Below are positions 25,452 to 63,827 of a stretch of DNA of 64,000 nucleotides, in pieces. The stretch lies in the NCBI GenBank assembly GCA_020137815.1, contig CM035355.1:2976001-3040000 (forward strand). Direction: 5' to 3'. Source of the DNA: Hormiphora californensis. Its lineage: Eukaryota > Animalia > Ctenophora. The stretch's first letter is position 1; each line of letters opens with the position of its first letter. The notes beneath the pieces are model-generated. The model was given only the letters and a program-made list of their open reading frames with translations, made no database searches and was not told the DNA's origin. Made by a program: the position numbers and the translations under genes.

Positions 25452-28400
25452 GATTATCGCAAACGATTCTGCGAATACAGCTGTGCACAGAGCAAGAATC
25501 AAGATCAACAAACTAAAGTACTAGGGTGATCCATAATGATTGTCACTTGGCTATTATCTCCCAGATTTTGAGTCAGAACCAAATAAAACCTATTCTACTG
25601 TTTAGTATGGACATTTTGCTATCGGAAATCAGTTTTTATATCGTAGACGAACATACGTCACCTTCTTGACACCCGAAACAGAAAGTGGTATCGAAGGCGC
25701 CGTCTCACGTCAAAAAATAGGGTGACACACTTCATGTTATGGCATCAAATTCTTAGGGTAAATTGATATGCGACTGCATTATTATCTGGAACCATAGTCT
25801 TAGCTTTAAAATGAACCCAAAAATTCGCAAAAAGGACTTCAAACTCGGCGCTGGCAAGGATTTTAGAAAACAGTGTTAATTTTTGGTTTTTCAAGTTCCA
25901 GCAGCGCTTGCCAGACCAAATGACATTGCATTGACGTTTCAAGCATTAGAAAACTTAGATTGGACCATTTCTAAGCTGTATAAATAATTGTATTGACAAT
26001 ATCTCGTGTTATCTTTTCAATGTACTGTTCTTAAAAACTGATCTCCAAAATGGCTGTTTTTCAGGTCAAAATTTTCCTATTTTTCTTCAATATTTTGGCA
26101 TTTCCACCAAATAAGCCTTAACTCGCAACAAAAAACGCTTGATTCTCTGTTGCAATGGTACTGCCGCTACCGGTTAGTGAAGGTTTCAGACATTTTTAAA
26201 TGTTTTGCTGGCCATGGGAGCCCGAAAAAGGGTAAGTGAGACGCTTCTCAGACCAACATGTCTAATCCAAAGAAAAAATATTAGAAATCGACCCTCAAAT
26301 AAGGCGATAAGTATGCAAATTGACTCTATTTTGTCTCCTGAATCAGATAAAACAAGCCCCAAATCATTCTGACGAGTATTTCTTGGTAAAAACCCCAAGT
26401 GACAATCATTATGGATCACCCTAGTAATACAGAATACAGAATCTAAAACAGTATCTGAGTCAGCTCTTACCTCGCTATCTTTTTCTTTCTGTCCCTCGGT
26501 CTCTTCCTCACTATCCTCCCCACTTTCTTCCTCATCTCCCTCAAACTTGTACACCTTCCTGTCTGTTATACGCAGACTCTTCCTCTCCTGGGGAGTGGGA
26601 GGGGGTTAGGGGTTAGGGAAGCTTTGACTCTTCCTCTCCTGGTGAGGGGGGAGGGATTAGGGAAGCTTTGGACCGTTCCTCACGTGAGAGTCTGAACAAG
26701 ACAAGGGAATCGCTGTGTAGCTCACACTGCTCTGTGAGGGCTTGGCAGAATTGAACAAGGGAATTGATGATTTGGGTGACACTTTTTAGAGTTTAGTCTA
26801 GAGATTTAGTAAATATTCAATTAAGTGTGATAGCTGAATCATAATCATGATAATCATTGGTAACTAATAGGTTTTCACACTAGACAGTAGACACATACCC
26901 CGATTTCATTCTTCCTCACTCGATGCTCAATATCAAGATCCACAGTGGTCGGTTCCTTCACTTTTTTAGGTTTCTTCCTCTTCTCAGGCTCCTCTACTGG
27001 CGTGGGAGGGCGAACCTGGGCCAGATACACCTGACCTGTAGACAAGGTGGGGTAAATAAGGTGGTACATCATCCAGGGGCTGATTGGGGGCCGATTGTGA
27101 CGAGATGGGAAATTCTTAGAACTCGGATGATGACTTGGTTACGACTTGGTTACGAAGTTACCCCTCCCCTACCATACCGGGCGTTAGAGGGGTTATTTCG
27201 TAACCAAGATGATGACATGCCAGATTGACATGCCAGATTGGATTGTCATTTTGTCAATGAATATATGCTATTTCACTGCCATTTATAAGTACTTGACATG
27301 ACACAATGTGTGTAACAAAAGTACATAGTTGATTTACTGTTCATACATCTGTGCAGTTTGAGGTATGTAGTTTAGCATGAGGTATTAACATTACAATGAA
27401 CAATGACTGATCCCTCTCTTACCTATCTTGGTAACTTTGATCGCAGCCTCGCTCTCATTAGGTCTGATCTGCTCTAGTACCCGGGCTAACTCCGTGTTGT
27501 TCGAAGATAGGAGGGTCCAATTAGACCCATCATAGGGAGGGCGCCACAGGTACAGTCTGTGTGATTTCTCATCGTCCTGAAAAATGGAGGAGTATCCAGA
27601 TTGAGCTGAATTGTCATAGGGAAAAGGTCGAAATCTAAACTGGACCAATAGTAGCGTAGGTCTAGGGTGCAATATTTACTGTAAAAGGTAAAAGCCCATT
27701 TCTTGCACCAACTGTTCATGATTAATATCCTAAATAAGTAGTACATTCTTGCTATAATAGGTGATATATGCGTGTATGCCGGAGAGAGTATTTTATCAAT
27801 GTAGGTTCATATTTGTATGTCTAAGGCCCGATGAGGGTGAGTCCTATCTTTCTAAGGGTACATGTTACTAACCGTGACAAGCCAGAACTGGTTGCCGTCC
27901 ATATCTCTGCCGATGGGGTCAAATCGAAGGGATTCCGGATGGTATTGCGAGTTGAAATCACTTTTAAACTTGGTATTCTCATCAAACTGACTAAGACAGA
28001 TCCGCAGCATTATTGATAATTTAGTTGTGTTCACAAGTCTTTTGAATGTCTGGTGGCCAGACAAGATACCGTAAAGTTCTGGATCCCGATATCGAAAAAA
28101 CCGGCAGAGAGTTTGAACCAGTTTCTCTGGATTTGTGACTAGTCCACATCTGTGGAGAAGAGAGATAACGAGCCTTTCCACTGCATTGCAACACGCTGAA
28201 ATAGAGATAGAGTTAGATATATAACATGGCCAACTTACTTTAAACTTAGTACCTCGGTACGGAGTGGCTTAGGGCTTAGAATTGGGGATAAGCACCTTTC
28301 TAAGTTCACTTATTATCTTACCATCAAAGTACAAATCAGGCTCTAAGGATGTGTAATCTAGGCCATCCTCCAGTGTGTCTAGAGAGAGGGAGGGAAGACG

Positions 28401-28793
28401 TAGCATCCACCCGAAACTATCCATAAATTGTGCAATGTTTAGAAAATCAGGGTGGTTTGATGATCTTGGTAGAGGTGGGATAACTTTCACCTCGCTCTTG
28501 ACCTCTTCCTCAGACTGTTCGGTCTTAACTTCAGTAGGATCTTCAGATTTAACTTCAGTAGGATCTTCCGATTTAACTTCAGCAAGGTCTTCAGATTTAA
28601 CTTCAGCAGGATCTTCAGATTTAACTTCAGCAAGGTCTTCAGATTTAACTTCGAAGGGTGGTTCTAACACTTTGGATTCAAGGGGAGCAACAGGTTTAGA
28701 TGGAGAAACAGGTGGAGTGGTAGGAGCTTCCATTTTGATGAGATCCGATGGAGCTACCGAGGATGGCGAGGGCTGCTCCAGTTCCTCACTCAT
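16148..28793 (-). CDS. RSF1: Remodeling and spacing factor 1-like protein (DDT-like, WHIM motifs, PHD finger)
   Basis: ATG at 28793. N-terminal HPDFLNIAQFMDSFGWML; WHIM2-like LRFDPIGRDMDGNQFW; RLYL...WTLLSSNNTEL; PHD finger split over two exons (CWACQGSENLDT|MLFCDGCDLATYHMACLHPPIEVIPEEDWYCPICEQ). About 17 exons, mostly phase-checked (e.g. 22098-21908 joined to 17665-17524), ending ...EEEERERLR* at 16148. The exon near 16.5-16.7 kb is less certain. Confidence 0.8.
18209..21950 (-). repeat. 45-bp tandem array (~83 copies) in an RSF1 intron
   Basis: Unit CTCACCGTTTGTAGAGACAACCCCAGCCCGGGGTCGATATGAGAA, nearly homogeneous, with a few SNP variants and four +1 G variants (~18690, 18780, 20761, 21890). 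Confidence 0.97.
22426..22504. repeat. ~80-bp dispersed element with CTGTCAGGCCAATGCTCTGAC-type ends
   Basis: The same element appears inverted at ~45530-45608. The end motif alone recurs at ~15814, ~60276 and ~63827. Confidence 0.6.
25519..26426. mobile_element. Non-autonomous TIR element (~0.9 kb) in an RSF1 intron
   Basis: Termini TACTAGGGTGATCCATAATGATTGTCACTTGG / CCAAGTGACAATCATTATGGATCACCCTAGTA resemble those of the 906-1810 element. No ORF; TSD not resolved. Confidence 0.75.
27135..27207. mobile_element. Tiny MITE of the TTGG...CCAA family
   Basis: TTGGTTACGA...CCCCTC / GAGGGGTTATTTCGTAACCAA with a 9-bp TSD GATGATGAC (27126-27134 and 27208-27216). Relatives at ~36654, ~37138 and ~49591. 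Confidence 0.75.
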
Positions 28794-29216
28794 CCTAACA
28801 TGGGTGAAGTATCTTGGTTAATTTTATAAGAGGATAAGTCATAAGAGCGTGCCGAACAGCAAACGCTGAAGTACCTATGCCACGAGGGGGGCGTCGGCGA
28901 GAGCGGGGGCCAGGGGGGGCTTCAGTGACACGAAAAGAAATTGATCCTTTAAGTGAGTAGGAAAATGACTGAGGAAACATTTTCGAGTTGGCATATGGTA
29001 CAGCCGTCACAAAATTTAAAGGCAGACACGAAATCGCATTTCTTCAAAAACAGAAAATTTCGCCGAAATTTCGGCGAAATTGTTTGAAATGATAAGTTAT
29101 AATAAAAGAAGCCACATGCATCTGGCCTAACAATGTCAATAATAATATATATAAATTGTTTTTGCCTGGCCGGCTACACGAAGAAAATCACATAAAATGC
29201 ATGCAACAGTTAAAGA

Positions 29217-29583
29217 CTAGTATGTATGGTACAGATCTGATGAAGAGCCATCATTCTTGTTCCTTCCTCTGTAACCCCGAATAGAACAAGTTATGGAGCG
29301 GACCATTGAAAATGATAGACGAACACGGAGGTATCGAATACACTCCTGGTAGGTATAGCCAGTTTTCCGCGATTTCTTGGTTGCGAGTTGCTTCAGAGTT
29401 CTGCTGAACTCTTGACCAAGTCCACCGGTCGTTGACATAACGAGGGGAGTAAAAGAAGCTTTTTCCACCTCGAGAATGCGATGTAGATAATTCTTCTTCT
29501 TCCCTTCCTCGTGCTTGATATACGTTTGAGGGATATCCTGAGTCTCATTAGACTGTGCCCTTGGGTTAAAAACCCTTACGTCG
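29217..29583 (-). mobile_element. 5'-truncated non-LTR retrotransposon fragment (restriction-like endonuclease C-terminus, CRE-like)
   Basis: Translation DVRVFNPRAQSN...KHEEGKKKNYLHRILEVEKASFTPLVMSTTGGLG...RLSFSMVRSITCSIRG matches the typical C-terminus of RLE-type non-LTR elements. Confidence 0.75.
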
Positions 29584-29890
29584 AAATTTCGGATTGGAAA
29601 TTTCGCGAAATTTCCAATCCGAAATTTGTCAGATTTTGGTGATAAATGTAAGATGCTTTAATTGACACACGCTTACTTTTATGCTTTGCGATGCATTTTC
29701 GCATGATCGAATGCGCGCGCGTTCGATTCGCGGAGTTTTAAATTCGAAACTTTTTTTAAAAAAAAGGAGTTTGTGCTCAAATTTTTTTCCTGAACAAAAA
29801 TTTGAATTTTCTAATATTCTTCTTCTTGAGTAACGATAATCACATTCCCTTCGTATCAACCGTGTGCTAACCTATGATATAGGTCGGAAT

Positions 29891-31508
29891 ATGGCAAAGT
29901 TAATTCAGCGGTTCAACCTGACTGGGCGGGTAACGAAGGGATTTGGGCGGGGAAGCAAGGAACTGGGATGCCCCACAGCAAACATGGACGAAAAAGCGGT
30001 GTTAGCTGCATCCCATCTATCTACGGGTGAGTTTTAGTGACTGTTGCTCTCTATTTTACTCCTTAAATGCACGTTAGCACACTTTGTGAATTTCAGCGAC
30101 TACTCACGGAATGATGAATGGCGTCCACTACTCGCTTCTGTGTCCTAAACCATCAGAACGAGGCATTGTCTTTATTCCCGGATTTACCTCTGGAAAATCT
30201 ACTCCTGATTGCTCGGCACTGTCCGAGTTTTGTGCTGCCCGATCCCGGAATTTTCTTTGCTACGATCCCCGGGGGTTGGGTGAATCTGAGGGGAGATTTC
30301 AGGATCATTATCTAGGGGATTGGATCCAGGACGCATGCAACATGGTGGACTTGATGAAGGAAACAACCAACCAACCGCCTGTAATTATTGGTCAATCAAT
30401 GGGAGGTCATATAGCCTCTAAAATTGCTCAGAACCAACTCTGTGAGTTTTCTTCTATGATTCTCGTGTGTCCAGCGATTAATTTCGGCGGGATCTTCCAT
30501 GAATGGGTTAATAGCATTATTGGAACTGAGCAAAGAAAGGATTTGATGGATGGCAAAGTTATATCAGTCGATTTGGGGAATTTTGAAGACTGGGAACCAT
30601 TTCCCTACAGCTTGGCACTTAGAGACGACTTCCTCTCGAATAATTTAACTACATCCACTATTCCTGGTCAGTTTCCCCTGAGAATTATTCAAGGATTGAA
30701 GGATGAAACTATACCATACGAATGGGTCCTAGACCTGAACCTTCAGGATGTTTATGAGACTGAGGATTTGGAAATTCGACTGCTGAAATCTGTGAATCAT
30801 TCGGTTTTGAGTTGCGAAGCGGGATTGCGGGCTGTAACAGATGCACTAAATGAACTGTGTTAGAAATTACAATCAAATCTTTCTTTATGTACCGGGTACC
30901 CTAACACAAATAATTTCTGATAAATTACATCTATCTCTGTCTTAGTTTTAATTTCATCGTTTTCTGTTAATTCTAAAGATCGTGTCTTATGTAAAGCATT
31001 CTCAAACAGCACACCAAAAACTAGTAACCCTTTTCTCAACACAAGAAGAATGTTAGTCACAATACCCCATCCCCACTAACTACAGGTATCTACTACGGGC
31101 TGGCTTGTGTGGGCAACGGACCAGTATACAAGGCAGTGACCAGTGTGGGCTGGAATCCGCAATACAAAAACGAACACAAGAGTGTCGAGGTTCACATAAT
31201 GCATGATTTTGGGGAGGATTTTTACGGGGAAACGCTTCGCTTCATGTTTCTAGGTTAGAATAGTGAACACTGCCCTCTTCGATCGATCTGCTAAATCCGT
31301 TGTCAACAAACGTATTTATACTGAATATTTTCTCCTAAACACATTTCTTCCAACAGGGTACATCAGAGATGAGATGAAATTTGATTCATTGGAAGCTCTT
31401 ATTGAAAGGATTAACCTGGACATAAAGGAGGGAGTGAAGCCTTGGAAACACATCTCCACTTATCAGAAGATCCATTCTTCAAATGACCGGTGTAATGTGG
31501 GGTGTTAG
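29891..31508 (+). CDS. RFK: Riboflavin kinase (3 exons)
   Basis: Exons 29891-30026, 31086-31253 and 31357-end give GRVTKGFGRGSKELGCPTAN, GIYYG, SVGWNPQYKNEHKSVEVHIMHDFGEDFYGE and LGYIRDEMKFDSLEALIERINLDI. The true stop may be at 31486 (see findings). Confidence 0.95.
30111..30863 (+). CDS. Intronless alpha/beta hydrolase, ABHD10-like, nested in RFK intron 1
   Basis: 250-aa ORF with VFIPGF (oxyanion region), YDPRGLGESEG, GDWIQDA, nucleophile elbow GQSMGG, IIQGLKDETIP (Asp) and a C-terminal NHS (His). Confidence 0.88.
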   Translation: MMNGVHYSLLCPKPSERGIVFIPGFTSGKSTPDCSALSEFCAARSRNFLCYDPRGLGESEGRFQDHYLGDWIQDACNMVDLMKETTNQPPVIIGQSMGGHIASKIAQNQLCEFSSMILVCPAINFGGIFHEWVNSIIGTEQRKDLMDGKVISVDLGNFEDWEPFPYSLALRDDFLSNNLTTSTIPGQFPLRIIQGLKDETIPYEWVLDLNLQDVYETEDLEIRLLKSVNHSVLSCEAGLRAVTDALNELC

Positions 31509-31870
31509 TTAATTTTGTAGCTGTTATGTTCTTATTAAGGAAAAGAGTCTTGAAAAGTGGTGTAAGGGTGCATGTTTATTGAATTTATTAGTTTCGTTAG
31601 ATATAAATATGGAATGGAATGCATGGAAATAATCCTGTTCTTATAATCCTGTAACTTATTAAATGTTAGTTCTGTAGAGCAGACGATTGGTGTGTCCTAT
31701 GATTGTGACGCCTTTGTTATTCAATTCTTACATATTCTTTTGTATGTTTTTTTTTGCTTTCTGTAACATCACAACATCTAGAAGTTTGGTAAATTTATTT
31801 AACAATTCAATATATTATTTCGTGACTAATTACTTAAAACACCCATCTCCACTACCAGCTGAATGTCAAT

Positions 31871-34367
31871 ATGTTTAAGGGCGAGGTAGCTCAGAGAGCT
31901 GCCAGAGTTCTAGGGAATGTGATTAGGGAGCCTATCAGTAAGAAGGACCACCAACTACTACAACCCTACCTAAAGGCTGCCCGGCCTGTTCAACCTCAGG
32001 TATGCATGATCTTATTTTGTGCGAGGAAGGAGTGTCGAACAAGGCATGATCGCCCTCATTCCCTTACTGGTACCTAGTTTGATTTAAAATCTTGCTTGTG
32101 GTACGTGAGTCGTGAATATCAGTTGCGAGAGAATACGAAAGAGAGAAAGATAGAGCGGAAAGGGAGAGGGAAAGAGAGAGGACCAGAGAGAGAGAGAAGG
32201 ATAAAGAAATATATCATGTACATGATGCTTGTTAGAGGAGGGTGAGATTCCTTCCCACGCCCTTGAGATGCAGGCCGCGGCTAATGTCTACTTTTTTAGA
32301 TAGCAATAGTGTCCTACAGACCAGGCAGGGAATCTTCAGGGGTGACCCGGCATACCCCGGGGTAAACCATGAAGCTCTTGAACTGCCTGGAGCATCTCAC
32401 ATACCACTCCAAGGAAACAGAGCTGCCCTCCTTGGGTGGTGTGTTTTTCTCTCTTCCTTTCTCTAATCCGCTCATGACTCTTCTCTCTCTGAATAGAGAT
32501 ACCCCCCGGCCGGTATTACACCATCTCCCCAGCCTTGTGCACTGGGCCAAAGTAGATGGCTAAATACCGGCCAAAACCCGTCCTCCAGCAAAAGTCCAGG
32601 CTGGAGGAGGTCTAATCTCAACTGGCCTTCCTCTACCTTCTGTCCACCTAGCCTCTGGACAGGTATAAAAGGTCTAACAAGCTAGGTCATAACTGGTTAG
32701 CTACCACCGACTCTCGGCAAAATTCCCACGCCGAGGTCGAGATAAACTCAAGGGGTGTTTCCGTAGCCCAACAGGGAGAAACTACACTAACCAGTAGCCT
32801 CGCTACTACCTACGCTTCTTCAAAAGTCCATGAGAAGCGTAGGAGATTCCCAAATGGCGATTACCCCCCAAACGATGAAGGTAACAAACCAACATCATCC
32901 CTCTCTACCAACAAACAAGCCTCCACAAAAACCTGATCAACAAACAGAACAAACCACTATCCCATGCTACAAAACAAATTTCTATGAGTGACACACATAG
33001 ATACCTAACCCACTAAACATTTCACACGCCAGAGTTCCGTTAATTGGGAAGGAACCTGCCCTAACTACCCCATGAACGGCCGGACGCTGCATCTGCATCA
33101 CGAACAAAAAGTGATGTTCCATGAACCCGCATGGAGTACTGATTACAAATCAGAGGTTGGCAGCGCAAAATCTACAAAGGTGCCATAGTCAATGGAGCGT
33201 CCGAATTGTCCTAGCCAAGGCCACATCTAAAGCGATCAATGCTGAGATGCCACTCACCAAGGATCGCTGGAGATATCCGAGACTGGCACAATGTGAAAAC
33301 AGTGCTGGTGCGGTCCTTTTCATGGGACCTGTCAAGGCAGCTATGGGAGACGATTCCACCCTTATCTCCAAAACCATGGACACAAGACGGAGGAAGAAAA
33401 CTCTCCCGGGGGAAAGAGGAAACTCTGGAACCTGAGCTCCGTCCTTCTCGGGCGTGAGGAACTGGCTGCCGGACGGGATAAAATCACAAGTAGAGGATTG
33501 GAAGCGGAGGCGCATACAACAACAACAACAACAAATGCTTGTTAGAGAGATTTCAAAGTGGGACCTCATAATAATTCGCACATTATGCATTGTACAATCT
33601 GATCTATTCTGTCATTATTTTATGTCTGAATGACCCTTCTAGCCTTGTTCGACCCTCTCTCTCTCCGTGCCCTGGTAAAGGAGGGTTAGAACATAACAAC
33701 CCTCTCTCTTCGCAGGAGGTGAACTGGCATGTTCCGACCCAAAAGATGACTGACCTGACGAGAGAGATGAGGAACATAGGACTGGCTAATGATGGATACA
33801 TGAATTTTACTGATCTAGTAGGAGGAATCCGGAAGGAGAGGGGTCTCAATGTTTGGAGGGACATCGTCCTGGGACATCATATTAAAATGCTGAAGAAACA
33901 TCATGCCATGAGGAAGATCGAGCTAACGGTAAGAAATATATTTGATTCCTCACATCAATTTGTAACTGCTGCATCTTGATCTACCGAACCCACGAAATAA
34001 GATAATGGTGTGAGCCACACAATTACTGTTTTCTCCCCATCACAAATCATTTTGAGACTAACCACCTCCTCCTATTCCTCAGGATGGTGCATTCAAGACA
34101 GCAGGTGTCCGTGGACAGACGCCCCTGGACGACTACTTCATGTGCCACAACAATGTCAGAGAGAGCTGGGTCACTAAAACTAGGAGATGGAACACTGAGT
34201 ACGAGAGGAGGACTGGAGAGGTTCCCTTCCAGCTGGGGTATCACACTGATATTGCTAGGTTACAGAGTGAGGATAAGTTGGTGGAGCTGAAGGTGGCTAA
34301 GGATATTAATCCTAATGGGCTGGTGAGGAAGAAGAAGAAGATGATACCGGGGAAGAGGAGATCATGA
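31871..34367 (+). CDS. MRPS33: Mitochondrial ribosomal protein mS33-like with a long C-terminal extension (208 aa)
   Basis: Exons 31871-31999, 33716-33928 and 34083-34367 (all phase 0). AQRAARVLGNV and NWHVP...MRNIGLANDGYMNF...IRKERG align by eye with mS33 (SRLSARLFGEV; DWYP...LRFLGLYRDEHQDF...LRG). Confidence 0.72.
32300..33560 (+). other. Unique non-repetitive intronic block, possibly a decayed retroelement
   Basis: Coding-like composition with broken frames and a (CAA)n run near 33515. No diagnostic motif recognised. Confidence 0.25.
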
Positions 34368-34647
34368 AGATTGTACTGCCGTGTTATTTATATCTTTCTG
34401 TTGCACTTTCATTGCACGTGTATTGGGTATTTTAACACCGGCGACTCTACAGTCTACACCCCCCCCCCCATCCCTATCCCAATGTATTGAAAACTCCCCA
34501 TCCCAATGTATTCAGTATTGATGCCGAAAACTCTAAAATCTACCACCAATTCCCTGACAACAAATCCCTTGATTTTATACCTCGCCCCATATCATAAACA
34601 GAGATCTGCTATAACTAATCGGCCCCTAATTAATTACCAACTATAGG

Positions 34648-60969
<26,322 letters not shown>

Positions 60970-62023
60970 ATTAGACAGTATGCAACGACCAGTATCAGTT
61001 TTGATAGACTCGATAAATCTAACGGACGGGGTTTAGTGTTCATGTTATGCTCTCTTTTCGGAGCGTGTTCGTCTCGGCATTGCGCGTCGCGGGTGCAGGA
61101 GCTAGCCCGGGTGAGCGAGCTAACAATAGTGAACTTCCATGCGATATAGTACATCGCGCGCATGTAATTGCACTATTGTTAGCTTGTTCACTCGGGTTTG
61201 GTACAGCATGCGACGCGCAATGGTGAGACGAACACGTTCCGAAAATGCAGGATTAGAAGAAAGGAAGCACAAAAGTGCTGTCAAAAGTATTTTTGAAAAC
61301 TTGCTCTTTTCCTTTGTGTTCATGTTGGATACGTTTTACAGTAGTCTTCAAGCATTCAGGGTGGAAGATTAGAAGATTAGGAAAGATACTATACAATGGA
61401 GAATGATTGTGGCCATCTTTCTCCATGTCTTTCTCTATCAATTTTGCAATGATAAAAGGTAGAAGTGATAGCTAGGTGCATGTGAAAGTAATATTGGTGA
61501 AGCTATGTTAAACTGATATATATGGACTTATTGTCCCCGAGTTATTTGATATTTGGAGTTTGTGAGATTTTATTATATTTGTAGAACTAAAATATGCCGT
61601 GAAACCTCTGGGAAGAAGTCTTGGTAGATGCGACTATTTCTAACACAGATTTTGGCAAGCTGTAACTCAGACCGTACCAAGGAAACAGCTGCCGTATATA
61701 TAATATATGTCGGGTATATATTTGAATCTTTTTCTCTCTCTCTGTTGAGTCAAAATGCAATATGTGGGAATGATATTAACCGTTGCCAGAAAATCCCGCC
61801 TCTTGTTCCTTTGTACACGACAAAACCGGCCAGCTGTAAAGAATTTCGGTATAATCGATATTTCGATTCTATATAATCGATCAAGGGTATTATACTGACT
61901 AAATCATGATCGTGTCGAAACTAATCAACGTGCTATGAGAAATGGTCTAGGAAGAACTAGACTTGGTTAATGGTAATTGAACAAGATCGTTTATCTTCCC
62001 CGTGTTGGCTCAACACTCACCCC

Positions 62024-63827
62024 GTGCCTGAACAAAGTTTAACCTCGGATGAAAAATGTACACTAAGCGGACTTCACTAGGGTCTTCAGATAGGTATTTG
62101 GAGTGGAAAAATGTAAAAAAACACCCCAATTTTATGAAAAGTTTTTTCTCTACATGGATTTTAAAATGGGTCGTTTTGACTGCAAAACGGCTTGAAAAAC
62201 CATGCTGTGTGCAGATTTATAGTTCTTTTCCGGTAAAAAGGTTGTACCTGACCGTTTTTTGCACGTAGAATCGATTGCCGGTGAAGAGAAATCTCTAAAA
62301 CGACTGGAAAATGGTCAAAATTTGATTTTTTGACGTTTTTTGAGGGTTTTTCGCCCCTAACCCCATCATGGCATCAAGATAGAAAATTTTCACTAGTGTC
62401 AAACGTTAAAATGGACATTTTTCTACCGGATCCCAAAGTTTCAGATAAATCCAATAACAGGGTAAAATTTGGCTAGTTATTGAAAGTGGCTAGATGAGAG
62501 AAAGTGAACTTGAACTTAATTTTTTCACAATTTTGGCCTTTTTGACCAACTTCTGATTGAAATGGCCAATCCGGACCATGCTCACGCTAAAGAAGGGACA
62601 ATTTCCTACTAAAATGCAAATTTTCATGCCGATACGACAACAGGTCATGGATCTGTAGCAAATTTAAGCGAGCTAACTAGGCTATTTCTACTGTCTAAAA
62701 CGGTCATTTTTTCTTATTTTCGGGTCGATTGGCAGTAAAAAAGGGTACCCGACCTATTTTTGCCCGTAGATTTGATTTCCGATGGAGTTGGACCTCCAGA
62801 TCGTCAGCAAAATTTTTTCAAACGAATATTTCAGTTTTTTGGGGAAATAGCCAGAAAATGAGTAAAAAACAAACAAAAATGAAATTGACCTATTTTCTCG
62901 TAGATTAAGAGCTCCAATTCCATTTTAGAGCGATTTTACGTGAAAAATTGGGCTGGGAACACTTTTGATTGCCGATTGACACTAAATTACCAATTTCTGG
63001 CTATTTACCCAAAAAACTGAAATATTCGTTTTCTTCAATTTTCCTGACGATCTAGAGGTCCAACTCCATCGGAAATCAATTCTACGGGCAAAAATAGGTC
63101 GGGTACCCTTTTTTACTTCCAATCGACCCGAAAATAAGAAAAAATGACCGTTTTAGACAGTAGAAATAGCCTAGTTAGCTGTCTCAAATTTGCTACAGAT
63201 CCATGACCTGTTGTCGTATCGGCATGAAAATTCGCATTTCAGTAGGAAATTGGCCCCTCTTTAGGGTGAGCATAGTCCGGATTGGCCATTTCAATCAGAA
63301 GTTGGTCAAAAAGGCCAAAATTGTGAAAAAATTAAGTTCAAGTTCACTTTCTCTCATCTAGCCACTTTCAATAACTAGCCAAATTTTACCCTGTTATTGG
63401 ATTTATCTGAAACTTTGGGATCCGGTAGAAAAATGTCCATTTTAACGTTTGACACTAGTGAAAATTTTCTATCTTGATGCCATGATGGGGTTAGGGGCGA
63501 AAAACCCTCAAAAAACGTCAAAAAATCAAATTTTGACCATTTTCCAGTCGTTTTAGAGATTTCTCTTCACCGGCAATCGATTCTACGTGCAAAAAACGGT
63601 CAGGTACAACCCTTTTACCGGAAAAGAACTATAAATCTGCACACAGCATGGTTTTTCAAGCCGTTTTGCAGTCAAAACGACCCATTTTAAAATCCATGTA
63701 GAGAAAAAACTTTTCATAAAATTGGGGTGTTTTTTTACATTTTTCCACTCCAAATACCTATCTGAAGACCCTAGTGAAGTCCGCTTAGTGTACATTTTTC
63801 ATCCGAGGTTAAACTTTGTTCAGGCAC
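62024..63827. mobile_element. 1.8-kb palindromic non-autonomous element
   Basis: Near-identical inverted arms of ~800 bp (GTGCCTGAACAAAGTTTAACC... / ...GGTTAAACTTTGTTCAGGCAC); mirrored ORFs 62056-62268(+) and 63583-63795(-). TSD not evident. Confidence 0.85.
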
